64,000 nt of DNA, from the NCBI GenBank assembly GCA_047495785.1, contig JBLDXI010000029.1:3844001-3908000 (forward strand), written 5' to 3'. Both the position numbers and the translations under genes were made by a program. Shown in pieces: positions 12,447 to 23,846 of the stretch. The notes under the pieces are model-generated. The model searched no databases. It was not told where the DNA came from and worked only from the letters and a program-made list of their open reading frames with translations. Numbering within the stretch: position 1 is the first letter of the stretch; every line of letters begins with the position of its first letter. This stretch comes from Lepidodermella squamata (taxonomy: Eukaryota > Animalia > Gastrotricha).

Positions 12447-15400
12447 TTACTGAATTGATCGATCCGGCTGATTTATCTGAAGCATACTGATGATTAAGAA
12501 CCTTTCGAAACGCTAAAATAAATTTCGTAGTCCTAATCTGTAAATCGTAGCCAAACTGTAAATTGTCACTTGTGCATGCAACAAATCGTGTAAAGTGTAA
12601 ACACAAATGTGAAGCCGTAGCTAGATGCCAGATGTAGTAATTGGCAAGCCGAAAAATTAAATTGCCCCTCTATCGAATTCTATTATGAGCGAGAATTTGA
12701 CCATTTTTGACGATTATGTCCTCAAATTAAGTCTCAGATCAACCACTCTTCCCCGTCTTCCGCCGCGTAAACCCCGACTATCACGACCACAACCACGAGT
12801 ACCACCACGAGCCCCACGACCGCCGATAGCCAAGCTCCGCGGACTAGGAACAACTTATTCTGCAGAACTGTCGATTGTAAATATTGCTCATTGCTCATAA
12901 AAATTAGGACTCTAATTTTTTATGTAGCGATCACGTCATTTTGACACCATGAGGTATACTTCATACTGGAATAGGCAGGGTACGTGCAACTTTTAAAGTC
13001 ACGTTGAATGACACCAGGAGGGAATTTTACGATAAAAACAAGTTGGAAAACTGTTCGTCACATGTCACATGCTGCAGATGGTGCCACAATGTCAACATTT
13101 CATGGAGCACCCGATGTCGACACCAAGGTCAATAGCATTTCGCTTTCGTTCTGACTAACTAAAAGTGCATACTATTGTAAGAAATGACTCTTGAAACCTT
13201 GTTAGTCTTACGGCCTTTAATTGTCGCCATTACGGCGGTAAAAAAGTTCGCTCTCCAAGAGGTCTTGGATATGCTATAAACGGTTCGACGTCTTGCCGCC
13301 AGGATGTTGACTCGGGCGAAGGAGCAGTGTAGAAGATGGACATTTTGCCGAAAGGGGGATGTAGGTAAGGGTCCCCCCTTATATCGCTCAAGTTTCCGCA
13401 TGGTTCAGGGAAAAAATCATGAGGGTCCCCCCTGTGGTTAGGCTTCGAGCCCGAGTCCCGAGGGCTCGAAGCAGGGACAGTCCTCCCCGCCATCTTCGAA
13501 ACTGCGAAGGAGACGGTGGTGGAATTATTGACAATTTACCGCCCCGATTTCTTCTCGCTCCAGCTGAGGCCGTAACAACGAATCCAAATAGCAATCCGTA
13601 CAGTAACGAGATGCCATCGATCCAGCAAACAGGCGAGTCTTTTTTCAAACAATTGCCTTACAACTTGCCGTCTCAAATATTAGGCCCGGTTGCCATTAAT
13701 TCCGGTATTCGCCAACGACGCTTTCGTCCCTTACAGATGAAGAAAGAGCCGCCGTTGCTACGCAAGCCGAAAGGACGCCGTTTACCGAGCGCCAAACTGA
13801 AAGTACCCCTACCCCTATATGTATCGGTATATTAGTTAGTTCATCAACAGTGTTCATCAACAGTGTACCTCGAAACACTCCATTTTTCCTATATACGTTT
13901 TGAATCGTTCGAAATTTTCCACTGCACCATGAAAATTCTCAGCAATTTCCTGATGTAACCCAGGCCTATTCGTTGGTGTTCTGATGAAAGGGCTCGTCTC
14001 CTGAAATATGCCGTAAATCATTTACATCACACTTCGTAAATAGCTATTATTATTCGTAATGCCCATTTGATGTTGGGGGTTGGGGGAATTCATAACTGCT
14101 ATGTTGTTACATGTTGTAGTATGTTGTAGAGTTCGTTCATTAAAAAATTACTTTCTCTTTTACTTTGGCCTGGTATTTTATTAGTAATCCTCTTAAAATG
14201 TTCCAGTTGCTAATGTTCCAGTTTCGTAAAATACAGTTTGGAACTCCACATAAAGCCACGAAATCAGAAGAAAAATGATCGCTAAATCGTAAATTATCGA
14301 TGAGATTTCTCAGCAATAAGCTACCCGCTCAAAAATCGCCGATCAAACGCGAAAAATGCTACTCAGATATTCAAAATGATTCAGTTTTAAACAAATTCTA
14401 TCAATTTTCAAAGTCTGAATAAAAATGCAGCCTGGCGGGATTATGCAATGTTATGATTATGAGCTCGTTCTGTCTCGGCCAGTATTATTGATTGGCGTGA
14501 AAATTAATTTATGAATTGCGGCGGCCGTACGTCTGCTGAGAAGGCGAGTTTCTGCCTCATCGCATATTGCATTATCGCGGCGCGGCCAGTGCTTCCATGA
14601 ACATATCAATTTCTGACAGGAAAGCCTGCATTGGCAAGGGAGTGCGCTACCTAAGGCCTTTTTCCATGGAACACCCGGAAAAAAACATTCGTTGCTCATC
14701 TTGCATAAAAACTGGAACGCACACCTGTTGAACAAGAAAACGTACTGATTGCTCGCATCTTTTGCGAAATATTAGACAATATGCTTCTGTTTCAAATAAT
14801 GCTTCTGCTGCCCGGGAAAAAAGTTACGCCGCTCGCAAACATATGAATTACTACGCGGCTGCTAGACAAAATTAGGGCAAAAGTAGCGGCAAGATCTTCA
14901 TCCACTTCTTCTATCGTTTTCCATACTTCGTCACGATCACTAAGACCATCTCCTAGTCCATAAAAGTAATCAAGAATAATTGATCAACGAACAGATTTTT
15001 ATTGTGTCCTTTCTCCAAAACAATTAATTATGTGTGAAGAAACTGGAGGGGAAGAAAGGTTCTGCGACCGAGGGTATTACTTCCACCCAGCCGGAGCAGT
15101 AGGTGTTAAGAGCTCTGCTCAGTTATACAGTATACATACGCGCCGTGACTTGGAGGCGCCCACTGACCTTCAGAGAACGGACAGCGCACGCTTAGCCACT
15201 AGGCCACGTGCTCCCCTTGTAATACTTGTAATAACTATTAGTAGCCCGAGTTGGCTTTGAAGAAATCGACATCTGACTGACGTCTGACAATTCTAGCTGA
15301 AAAGCATTCTGCAGTACTGTAATCTATCAACTCTATATACTCTTCGATTGAGCTTACAAGCAGCATGATATCGAGCATTATTCTGGTGAGATGTTTTGAA

Positions 15401-16822
15401 AAAGTAATTCATATATTTGTTTTATATTTCCTCTCTGAAAAACAGATGTTGTCCCTTGCATCGAGCGCAATTGGGCAACCCATGGGGATAAGTAAGCCTC
15501 ACGAGGGATGTAGTTTATTTTTGGATATGTCTTTTGGATTTTTTGATGGATTAATATTTACTTATATTAATATTAATTGTTAGATTGCACGGATGCCTCG
15601 GTGCAATGCCCACAGTATCAAAGATGCGAATCATTTTCAACTTTTGTAAGAAACATTGTGGAACTATAAAATTGTTGAGCTTCAGCAAGCGCGCTGATTG
15701 GTCAACGGTCGTTACATTTTGGCCATGCAATCGACTAATGAATTAATTGAAAAATGGCATCGCCAAATTAATTGCATGGTATCCAATGACTAGACCCCGC
15801 ATGATAATCTTGGCTAAACTGCAGCAAAACAAAAACTTGTAGCAACATTTAATGGATCGCACGACCGACATGTTTCATGCCAGTCATTGAAACGACCGAT
15901 TGACTAATCAGCGTGTGCCAGAGAAATGGAATTGGTTCCATAATGAAGGCTATGCAAAATGCCTGCTTTTCTACTTGAGACTTATCAAATCTAGGACCCA
16001 CCGTGCAAGTCGAAAGCTTGCGTTTGTGAGGACTGTACTAAGCGAAAAGGTTTCCCTCACTCATTTGACAGGTGTCGTCCGGGTACGTTTTTCCCACGCC
16101 CCACAGCATCGGAAAAATAACCATTTCTTTTATCTCAGTCACTTACATCAATTCCTTAGACGACTCCTGCATCCCCGATAGTCCTGATGCTGTTCTAACC
16201 GTTACAGTACCCAACGCGGACTGTAATGAACAGAACAAACCCGAGTGCATCTTCGACAGGCAAGGAAATGGCTGCGACGCTGGGACACGATGCGGCAATG
16301 GAACTGATGGTTTTTGCGATGGTTACAACCGCGAGTGCATGCAAGATTGGTGCGTTTGCGTGGAGGAGAACGAGGTTTTCGACTACAACTACGGCGGTTG
16401 CGGTGCACGTCTCATCGGCGATCAGTGTAGAAAGTAGGGGGGGGGGGGGGGACGGTGGGTATCATCCTGGTCTCGGCGATGCTTCATCCCGACCTGGCAA
16501 GGGACGACAGCTCATCCCCGGGGGGATGAGGTTATATCCTGGTCTCCAGCCTAAACTGCACTGGGGACGATACTGGTAGCGGGGTGAAGTTAGCGCAATC
16601 TGACGCCAAAATTTGAAATTTACGCGCAAAAGCCCTTTCAACTGTAAATCGCGAGATTGTAAAAATATAATTAAGAATATCTAAATTATATATGACATCC
16701 AGCACAATAATGGAATTATAAAAGAAGCGAGGTATAGACTTTTTACGCAAGGTGAGGTGAGGCAGACCTTAAAGCGGCAGACCTGAGCCGTTCTCGTCCA
16801 CTTTCATAGATATGCAAGAGTG

Positions 16823-17295
16823 TAGAGCAAATCTGGCGATAGATGGCGTAAATCTAAAGTCATATTCTGATTCCCAGACCCTCTTTTAGTAAAGATGTTA
16901 TATTTTCTTTCAGATCTAGATGATTTGCCACCTATGAGTCAATTTTTTCGATTTTTCACTTTGGACCATCTGAAAAATGTCATTCTGAAGGGTCTAGAGC
17001 AAATCTGGCGATAGATGGCGTAAATCTAAAGTCATATTCTGATTCCCAGACCCTCTTTTAGTAAAGATGTTATATTTTCTTTCAGATCTAGATGATTTGC
17101 CACCTTTGAGTCAATTTTTTCGATTTTTCACTTTGGACCATCTGAAAAATGTCATTCTGAAGGGTCTAGAGCAAATCTGGCGATAGATGGCGTAAATCTA
17201 AAGTCATATTCTGATTCCCAGACCCTCTTTTAGTAAAGATGTTATATTTTCTTTCAGATCTAGATGATTTGCCACCTTTGAGTCAATTTTTTCGA
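16823..17295. repeat. 172-bp tandem repeat, ~2.7 near-identical copies, inside the hAT element
   Basis: TAGAGCAAATCTGGCGATAGATGG recurs at 16823, 16995 and 17167. Confidence 0.95.
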
Positions 17296-17304
17296 ATTTT
17301 TTCG

Positions 17305-18220
17305 AAGAAGAATGACAAGGTTGACCGCCTCAAGAAGATCGTGAACTCATTGACGGACTTCACCTTTCTCGCTCAGCTGGCGTTCATTCATGATGCCTTA
17401 CGAGAGATGACCTGGTTATCCTTGACCCTTCAGAGGTCCGAATCGTCGCCCCTGGACGTTTGGCCTCATATAAGGCGAACTATTGAGCACCTCGACAACA
17501 TGGGCGTGTCTGACGGTGTGAGCGTGTCAAATCTCATGAGCTCCTACGCCGAAAAACAGCTGAACGGCATTCCTCTTCGAAACTGCACTGATGCCGCCCT
17601 TGCAGCGTTTTCAGCAACAAAGTTGAAGCTATCCAGCAAGATGGCTGAAAGCCTGCGCGAACGTGTCTCGACATCGCAGAAATTTCTGGAAGCAGCTTCA
17701 GCCCTCGTCCCGCTTAACTGGCCGCCACGATCAAGTGTCAAGTTCCTCAAGTTCGGCGAGTTCGAAGTCGAAACTCTGGCAAATTCTTTTGGCCTTGATT
17801 GGTGGGCGGTGACGAAGGATCTACGCGATTGGAAAGAAGGTCGCGAACCCCTGCAATCGTCAGCGCTTGGTCAGCTCATGATAAAGTTGAAGACAGTCGC
17901 CGTCACTTCGTCTGACTGTGAGCGTGGATTTTCTGAAATGAACCGCACTCAATCAGACGATCGCAATAGGCTTTACGTTGTTACCATGTCCTGTAAGTTT
18001 CAATTTGATGATTCGTAAATACTGGAATTAAAATCTTCGATTTATAGCTCTGATGTTCGTGTGTATTAATGGGCCTGCGATTCACAACTTCGACCCAACT
18101 CAATTCGTGCGCTCATGGCTACAGAAGGGTCGTCGCAGTGCCCGTGATCAAGCCCGTCTTCCGGCTATAATCGACTCGCCGGTGGAGAAAATCAGGTCCA
18201 CCATTTTTATACGAAAATAA
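17305..18220 (+). pseudogene. hAT transposase C-terminal fragment (hATC dimerisation domain, ZNF862/KIAA1586-like)
   Basis: Motifs LSLTLQ, VTSSDCERGFSEMNRTQSDDRNRL and, after intron 17993-18047, LMFVCINGP. The N-terminus is missing. Confidence 0.85.
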
Positions 18221-18256
18221 TTGATAGAATTAGGATGAATTCAATCTCAAAATTAG

Positions 18257-18327
18257 CTTTGTCTCGTCCAATGGTAGGACGCTGCCCCTAAAAGGCGGAA
18301 ATCTTGGTTCGATTCCAAGGACAAAGA
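18257..18327 (+). ncRNA. tRNA-like cloverleaf with an atypical anticodon loop inside the hAT element
   Basis: Acceptor CTTTGTC/GACAAAG, D arm GTCC-AATGGTA-GGAC, anticodon stem CTGCC/GGCGG with loop CCTAAAA, variable region AAAT, T arm CTTGG-TTCGATT-CCAAG. Confidence 0.7.
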
Positions 18328-18893
18328 ATGCTTTGAGAAATATAGGAAGAATGTGAATAGATGATGCGAGCGAACGCGTAGCGTTCGCGAGCGAAATTTT
18401 TTGACCAAAATACTCTATCCCCCCCTCAGGAAAATTCCTACTTTCTACGCTGTCGGCGATTCATGCTCAAAGGATTCGGAATGCGCTGTTATGCCCCAAT
18501 ATGGCAAGAAGAACTACTTGGTCTGCCGCAGTGGCAAATGCGCCTGCGATATCGAGGTTTCTGTTGAAACTGAGTACCGTGAATACAATGAAGAGCGGAA
18601 CAGCTTCGATGTCAAACGTGCTTGTTTGCATAAGAATGCCACGATTAACCTAAAACAGGGCGAGGAGTGTGACCTTCCCGAGAACAGCCGGGAATGGAGA
18701 TGGATGGGCGGCAAATGGCAATGGAACTGGCAAGAAGGCACGGTTCGCGTTTGCGAGAAATCACTTATTTGCCTCGCTTGCATCGAAGATGGCGACGTAG
18801 GCTTGTGCCGTGAGTTTTGAGGTTGCTTTTCTAAGTCTATTTAACCCTGGGTGGTTTATTTACTTTTTTATGTTTTTGCTGCGTTGGTTATAT

Positions 18894-19078
18894 CGTTAGC
18901 GACGTTGAATAACTCGGATTTAGGCTTGTTTACAGCATTTTCGAAGCGACGGTTGACAAATAAAATGCGGTGTTTTTAGCGTGAATGAAGAGGCAAAACA
19001 AAAGACTGTTTCCTTGTCACCTCGCACTTTGAAACGATGTAAACAAGTCTAAATCCGACTTACTCAAGGTCGCTAACG
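18894..19078. mobile_element. ~190-bp MITE, copy 2, in intron 5 of gene C
   Basis: Same TIRs as copy 1, flanked by ATAT. Absent from the paralogous introns of A and B. Confidence 0.8.
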
Positions 19079-22000
19079 ATATGGTTGTTAAATCATAAAT
19101 AAATACCGGGTGAAAACAATCAAAAACCACTCTGTGAAAACTGCAGTAAACACCATGAACAGCTCTGAGTTAACAGTACCATTAACAGGCAAGTTCAATG
19201 GACCCATTGGAATGACGGCTGAACAATGCGGGCGTAAAACATTCGTCTATTCCGGTCCGAAGTCCTCGGAGAGTGCTCCATTCAAGAGCTTTTCCAGGCA
19301 ACGCCTGATCACAAGTGAGAACACAGTGATGCAATGTATAATTTCGTTAATAAAATTGTCTATTAATTAATAGATTGCACAGATGCCTCGGTGAAATGCC
19401 CACAAAATCAAAGATGCGAATCCTTCTCCACTTTTGTAAGGAAGTTCGCTTCGCGAATTACCTGCTTCTCTATTCACAACCCTAAATAATCTAGGACCCA
19501 CCGTGCACGTCGAAAGCTTGTGTTTGTAACGACTGCGCTCTGCGACCATTGGAATATGGCGATGAATGTGTTCCAAGTTTGTTTTTCTCTTTATAAAACC
19601 GTAGAATTTTTCATTTCTTCACCATGCAGCTACTTACATCAACTCCTTAAACTCTACCTGCACATCCACCCCTGGCGAGGTTGTAACCATACCCGGCGCG
19701 GCCTGTCATTCACCATCGAACAAAACCCAGTGCCTTAATGGCACACAGGGCAATGGTTGTAATACTGTGGCAAGATGCTCATCTGACGAAGATTGTTCTG
19801 GCAACGAACGCATTTGCAAGCAGGGATGGTGCGTTTGCAAGTTTAAGTACCAGGTTTTCGACTACAACACCGGCAGGTGCGTCGAACGACAAATCGGCGA
19901 TCCGTGTTCAAAAGACACCGACTGCACTATTGAGTACAATCTCAGCACTTTCTTGGTCTGCCGCAGTGGCAAATGCGTCTGTGAGAAGTATTCTGTTGAA
20001 ACCGAGTTCCTTGAATACAATCAGGAGTGGAATAGCTTAGAGGTCAAGCGGGCTTGTATTAGTGAGGAGTCCACGTTTAACTTGGAACAGGGCGAGAAGT
20101 GCGACGTTCTGTTAAACGGCCGGAAGTGGAACTTGAAGTGGAGACCGGAGTGGGGTCTTAGCCAGTACTTGGAGCCCTATGAGGACAGCAAGATTCGCCT
20201 TTGCAAAAAATCACTGATTTGCTTCGCTTGCATAGAAGATGGCGACGGGGGACTGTGCCGTGAGTTTTGACGTGGCTTTTCAATGTGAATTTGACTGTAC
20301 CATTAATAATAGGCAAGTTCAATGGAACCATTGGAAAGTCGGCTGAACAATGCGGGCGAAAAAAATTCGTCTATTCTGGCCCGAATCCCTTAGAAAGCGC
20401 TCCGACCAAGTCAATTTCTAGGCAACGCCACCTGACAAGTAAGCACAAAGATACCATTGCCGGAAAGAACGGCGTGACTTCGGCTGTGTCCTCCGCCACA
20501 ATCCTGGCTGCTGTCTTGCTCGTCGTTTCAGCTTTGTAGTAGCTGAATTAATTGATCCGGCGTATTTATCTGAGGCTGACTGATAGCGACAATGCTTTCG
20601 AAATGCTGAGCTTTGAACAAATCTTATTGACATATCTCATTCACGTATTGCCGGTACTAAATGTTGAAACAGTTGTAAAATTTAATTTTCAAGGTTGAAA
20701 GTTTCATATATTAATGAATGCTTCTGCTTATGTTGCGGCCGAGGTATGCAATCGCTCTCAACGGAGCTCTCTGAATAATTATTTAGATATAAATAAAGTC
20801 AAGTCTAACAAGGTGTTCAGAGTGTAATGAAGGTTGGCTGACGAATATCGTCATTTTATTTGTGTGAGCGATCATGTTTGCAAATTTATACCAGGATTCT
20901 TAATTATCGAAATGCACAGATACGGCGAAAACAAACGATGTTCAGGTCATGGCGTGGAACGATGATACTGACGTTTTCGAGACGTAGTCGATTTGTTTGA
21001 ATAAGGCGTATAATTTTGCATTTTGGGAACGATATCTGCTCACATCCGACAATCCGGCGCAAATTATCTCATGGTTTCTCGACTTACGGTCCTGATTGTC
21101 GCATCAGGGTTTACAGTGATTTCCGGCTTGCCGTTATAGAAGTTGGTAATCGAAACCGGTGGATTTGATTATGTGGTCAAGAGGCCCGCGGCACTACGGT
21201 TACTCGCATGAGCAAATTCTTCAGCTCTAAATTTTGCCACAAACGGACTTTCTGAAAAATTGAGCCTTATCAATGATCCATTTATTCATTCATTCAGTAA
21301 TTCATTGCATTTTAATTAACGACAATGGAGATATTATAGCGTGATTCACATGGCTCCCTAATGATTTTAAAATCGGCTAAACATTCCGGAAAATTAAATT
21401 GTGACACATTTTTGAGTCGGAGCAGCTGCACATATATGTGCAACTGTTAGGCCATTGACATCATAATCGAATTCCATCGGGTTAACTAGCTTCCAGCCAC
21501 GATAGGTAATGATTTTTGTTAAGAAGAAATGCAGGCTGTGAGCTATGAGTGAGATGAGTCACAATCCAAAAAGAGAGGTACTAAATTGGGGTTAGCTTTC
21601 TTTACTTGGAAAAGGACAAAACCAGGGTAAAACAACTACTCTAAAATAGAAAAGTAGGGCGTAATGCGTTTTCTCCCTCTCCACTGAAGAGTACCTAGGT
21701 GCAAAAGGTTATTTTACGCCATTCGCTTCTATTTTAGAGCGCAACACGCAATGCATATTTACCATTGCGCATACGCATGTTGTATTATGACAGCTATGAT
21801 TTTAGCACTTTTCTTTGTCTGTGTCCCAAGTACTTACAATACCGTGAGAGTAAAAATCCTACATTTGACAAGTCCTAAGAATAAATGATAATTTCGAGGG
21901 ATTACGGAATCGCAAACAATTATTAAGAAAGCGATTAATTTGTTGGGAGTAGCAAGATTCAATTTCGGTCACTCGTGTGTCGCTGCCATACTGAGTGGTA

Positions 22001-22605
22001 AAGGATATCAGTTATTTACTCAGAAAATAAGATTTTTTCGTTTAAGGAATTTTTTTTCGAGGTTAAGAATTTTTGAAATAGAGACAAAAAAGGTATTTGG
22101 CCCACCTCAAATATTCGAAAAATGTCGGTAGAAAATTCCCCACCTCTGATGGCACCAGCGCTCGCCGGTCAAACTCTGACATAATGTTTAATAAAAAATG
22201 TTGAAAGCCGCTCAGTCCAAGGTCGTGCGGAGTGAAAAAACGCCATCTTTGGCTAAAAGCGTTGTTATATATCTCATTTGTCATTTTTTTACTGCTCCGT
22301 GAATCTGTAATAATATATACGCTCGCTCACACACCGCTAGAATGCGTGTTTTTTTACTTAAGAAGGCATAAAAATAACAGAAAATGCGCGGCCAGGCGGT
22401 GGAATGACGTGGAAAGATATTCGGGCGGGATGGTGATGCAGGTGTGAAGCGTACATAAAACAAATTACATAACCGGCGAGCATGCACCGAGGCAGTTGAA
22501 CTTTACGCGCAAGAATGTCATACCGCAGTTAAAGACTATAAAATTACACGCCGAAGATTTATTTCTTCTAGAAGTTACATTTTCTTCTTCTATTCAGCAT
22601 TCAGC

Positions 22606-23846
22606 ATGCTAACAAGAATCATTTTGGTGAGACTTTTCAACAAAATTTGTGAATATTTTTCTTATTTCCTTCCTGAAAATCAGACGTTGTGTCTTGTATC
22701 GAGCGCATTGGGGCAAAAACTTTCTACAAGTAAGCCTCGCGATGCTTTATAGAGTTGCGTTGACATCATTCTTTAATTGATAGATTGCACAGATGCCTCG
22801 GTGAAATGCCCAGATAATCAAAGATGCGAAGCCTTCTCCACTTTTGTAAGGAATTTCGTTTTGCAGGCAGTTTGCTTTTTTATTCAAAAACTCAATTCTA
22901 GGACCCACCATGCAAGTCGAAGGCTTGCGTTTGTAACGACTGCGCTGTTCGAGGAGAATATGGCGATGATTGTGTCCCGAGTATGTTTTTCTTTCGCTAG
23001 ATAGATTCGCAGAATTTCTCATTCCTTTCATCTCAGTTACCTACGTCAACGCCCTGGGCGCAGCCTGCAATACGCCTGGTGCTGTTATAACCATACCCGC
23101 CGCAGATTGTGATAAGCCAGCGAACAAAGCCCGATGCCTGCTTAGTACCCAGGGCAATGGCTGTGATGCCGGGACGAAATGCTCATCCAACGATCAGTGT
23201 GCTGGCTACGACCGCACTTGCGAGCAGGGTTGGTGCGTTTGCAGGGAGAAGTTTCAGGTTTTCGACTACAACACCGGCAGGTGCGTCGAACGTCAAATCG
23301 GCGATTCGTGCTCGAACGACACCGACTGCGCTATCACACGCGATAAGAAGAACTACTTGGTCTGCCGTAGTGGCAAATGCGCCTGTGATACGGCCGCTGG
23401 TGTTGAAACCGAGTACCGTGAATATAATCAGCTGTGGAATACCTTCGATGTTAAGCGTGCTTGTTTGAACAAAAAGGCCACGGTTAACGTGAAACAGGGA
23501 GAACGATGTGACCCAGTTGTCAACAACATCAACTATGAAACGGCTAAGGTTTGCGAAAAATCGCTGGTCTGCTTCGCCTGCATGGAAGATAGCGGACTGT
23601 GCCGTGAGTTTCTAAGTATACTCTTTGAAATCTGAAGTTAACTCGATTTTTCCAGGCAAGTTCAACGGACCTATTGGAAAGTCGGCTGATCAATGCGGGC
23701 GACAAAAGTTTGTGTATTCGGGTCAAAAGCCGTTGGATGATGCTCCGATCAAGACTGCCTCGGGCAAGAGCGGTGCGACTGTCATCGCATCCTCGGTCTC
23801 GGCGCCAATCCTTGCTGCTTTCTTGCTCATTGTTTCGGCTTATTAA
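22606..23846 (+). CDS. Gene D: single-module Cys-rich GPI-anchored protein, 6 exons
   Basis: MLTRIIL|TLCLVSSALGQKLST|NCTDASVKC...|DPPCKSKAC...|large exon|RKFNGPIGKSADQC...APILAAFLLIVSAY*. 30 Cys counted in the mature module. Confidence 0.88.

Larger units (their letters stand above)
16423..18452 (+). mobile_element. Internally deleted hAT DNA transposon
   Basis: 16-bp TIRs CAGTGTAGAAAGTAGG / CCTACTTTCTACGCTG and a perfect 8-bp TSD TCGGCGAT (16415-16422, 18453-18460). Contains a transposase C-terminus. Confidence 0.93.
15365..20539 (+). pseudogene. Gene C: two-module Cys-rich GPI protein with exon 5 interrupted by a hAT transposon
   Basis: Same layout as A/B. The coding sequence ...GARLIGD|SCSKDSEC... 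is split by a 2030-bp insertion with an 8-bp TSD. The remaining exons look intact. Confidence 0.8.
620..20610. repeat. Three tandem segmental-duplication units (ATG spacing 7790 and 6773 bp)
   Basis: Promoters, introns, 3' flanks and intergenic DNA are shared (e.g. 6900-7940 with 14210-14960, and 4550-4980 with 12447-12860). Confidence 0.9.

Noticed and set aside
16823-17295. 172-bp repeats as a CRISPR-like array
   Set aside because: These are contiguous, near-identical tandem units without unique spacers, in a eukaryotic context with no cas genes.
17239-17304. N-terminus of the 259-aa ORF as a true transposase start
   Set aside because: It is translated from the 172-bp tandem repeat fused to the deleted transposase.
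18257-18327. Functional tRNA-Leu(TAA) or amber suppressor
   Set aside because: It has C at position 33 and no long variable arm, and CTA is not centred in the 7-nt loop.
20650-22250. Short ORFs in AT-rich intergenic stretches (also 24-26.5 kb, 50.7-51.5 kb, 53.6-54.7 kb)
   Set aside because: No recognisable motifs, exon structure or paralog conservation.
22483-22494. 12-bp antisense match (TGCACCGAGGCA) between the upstream block and exon 3 of A/B/C
   Set aside because: Too short, does not extend, and is plausibly chance.
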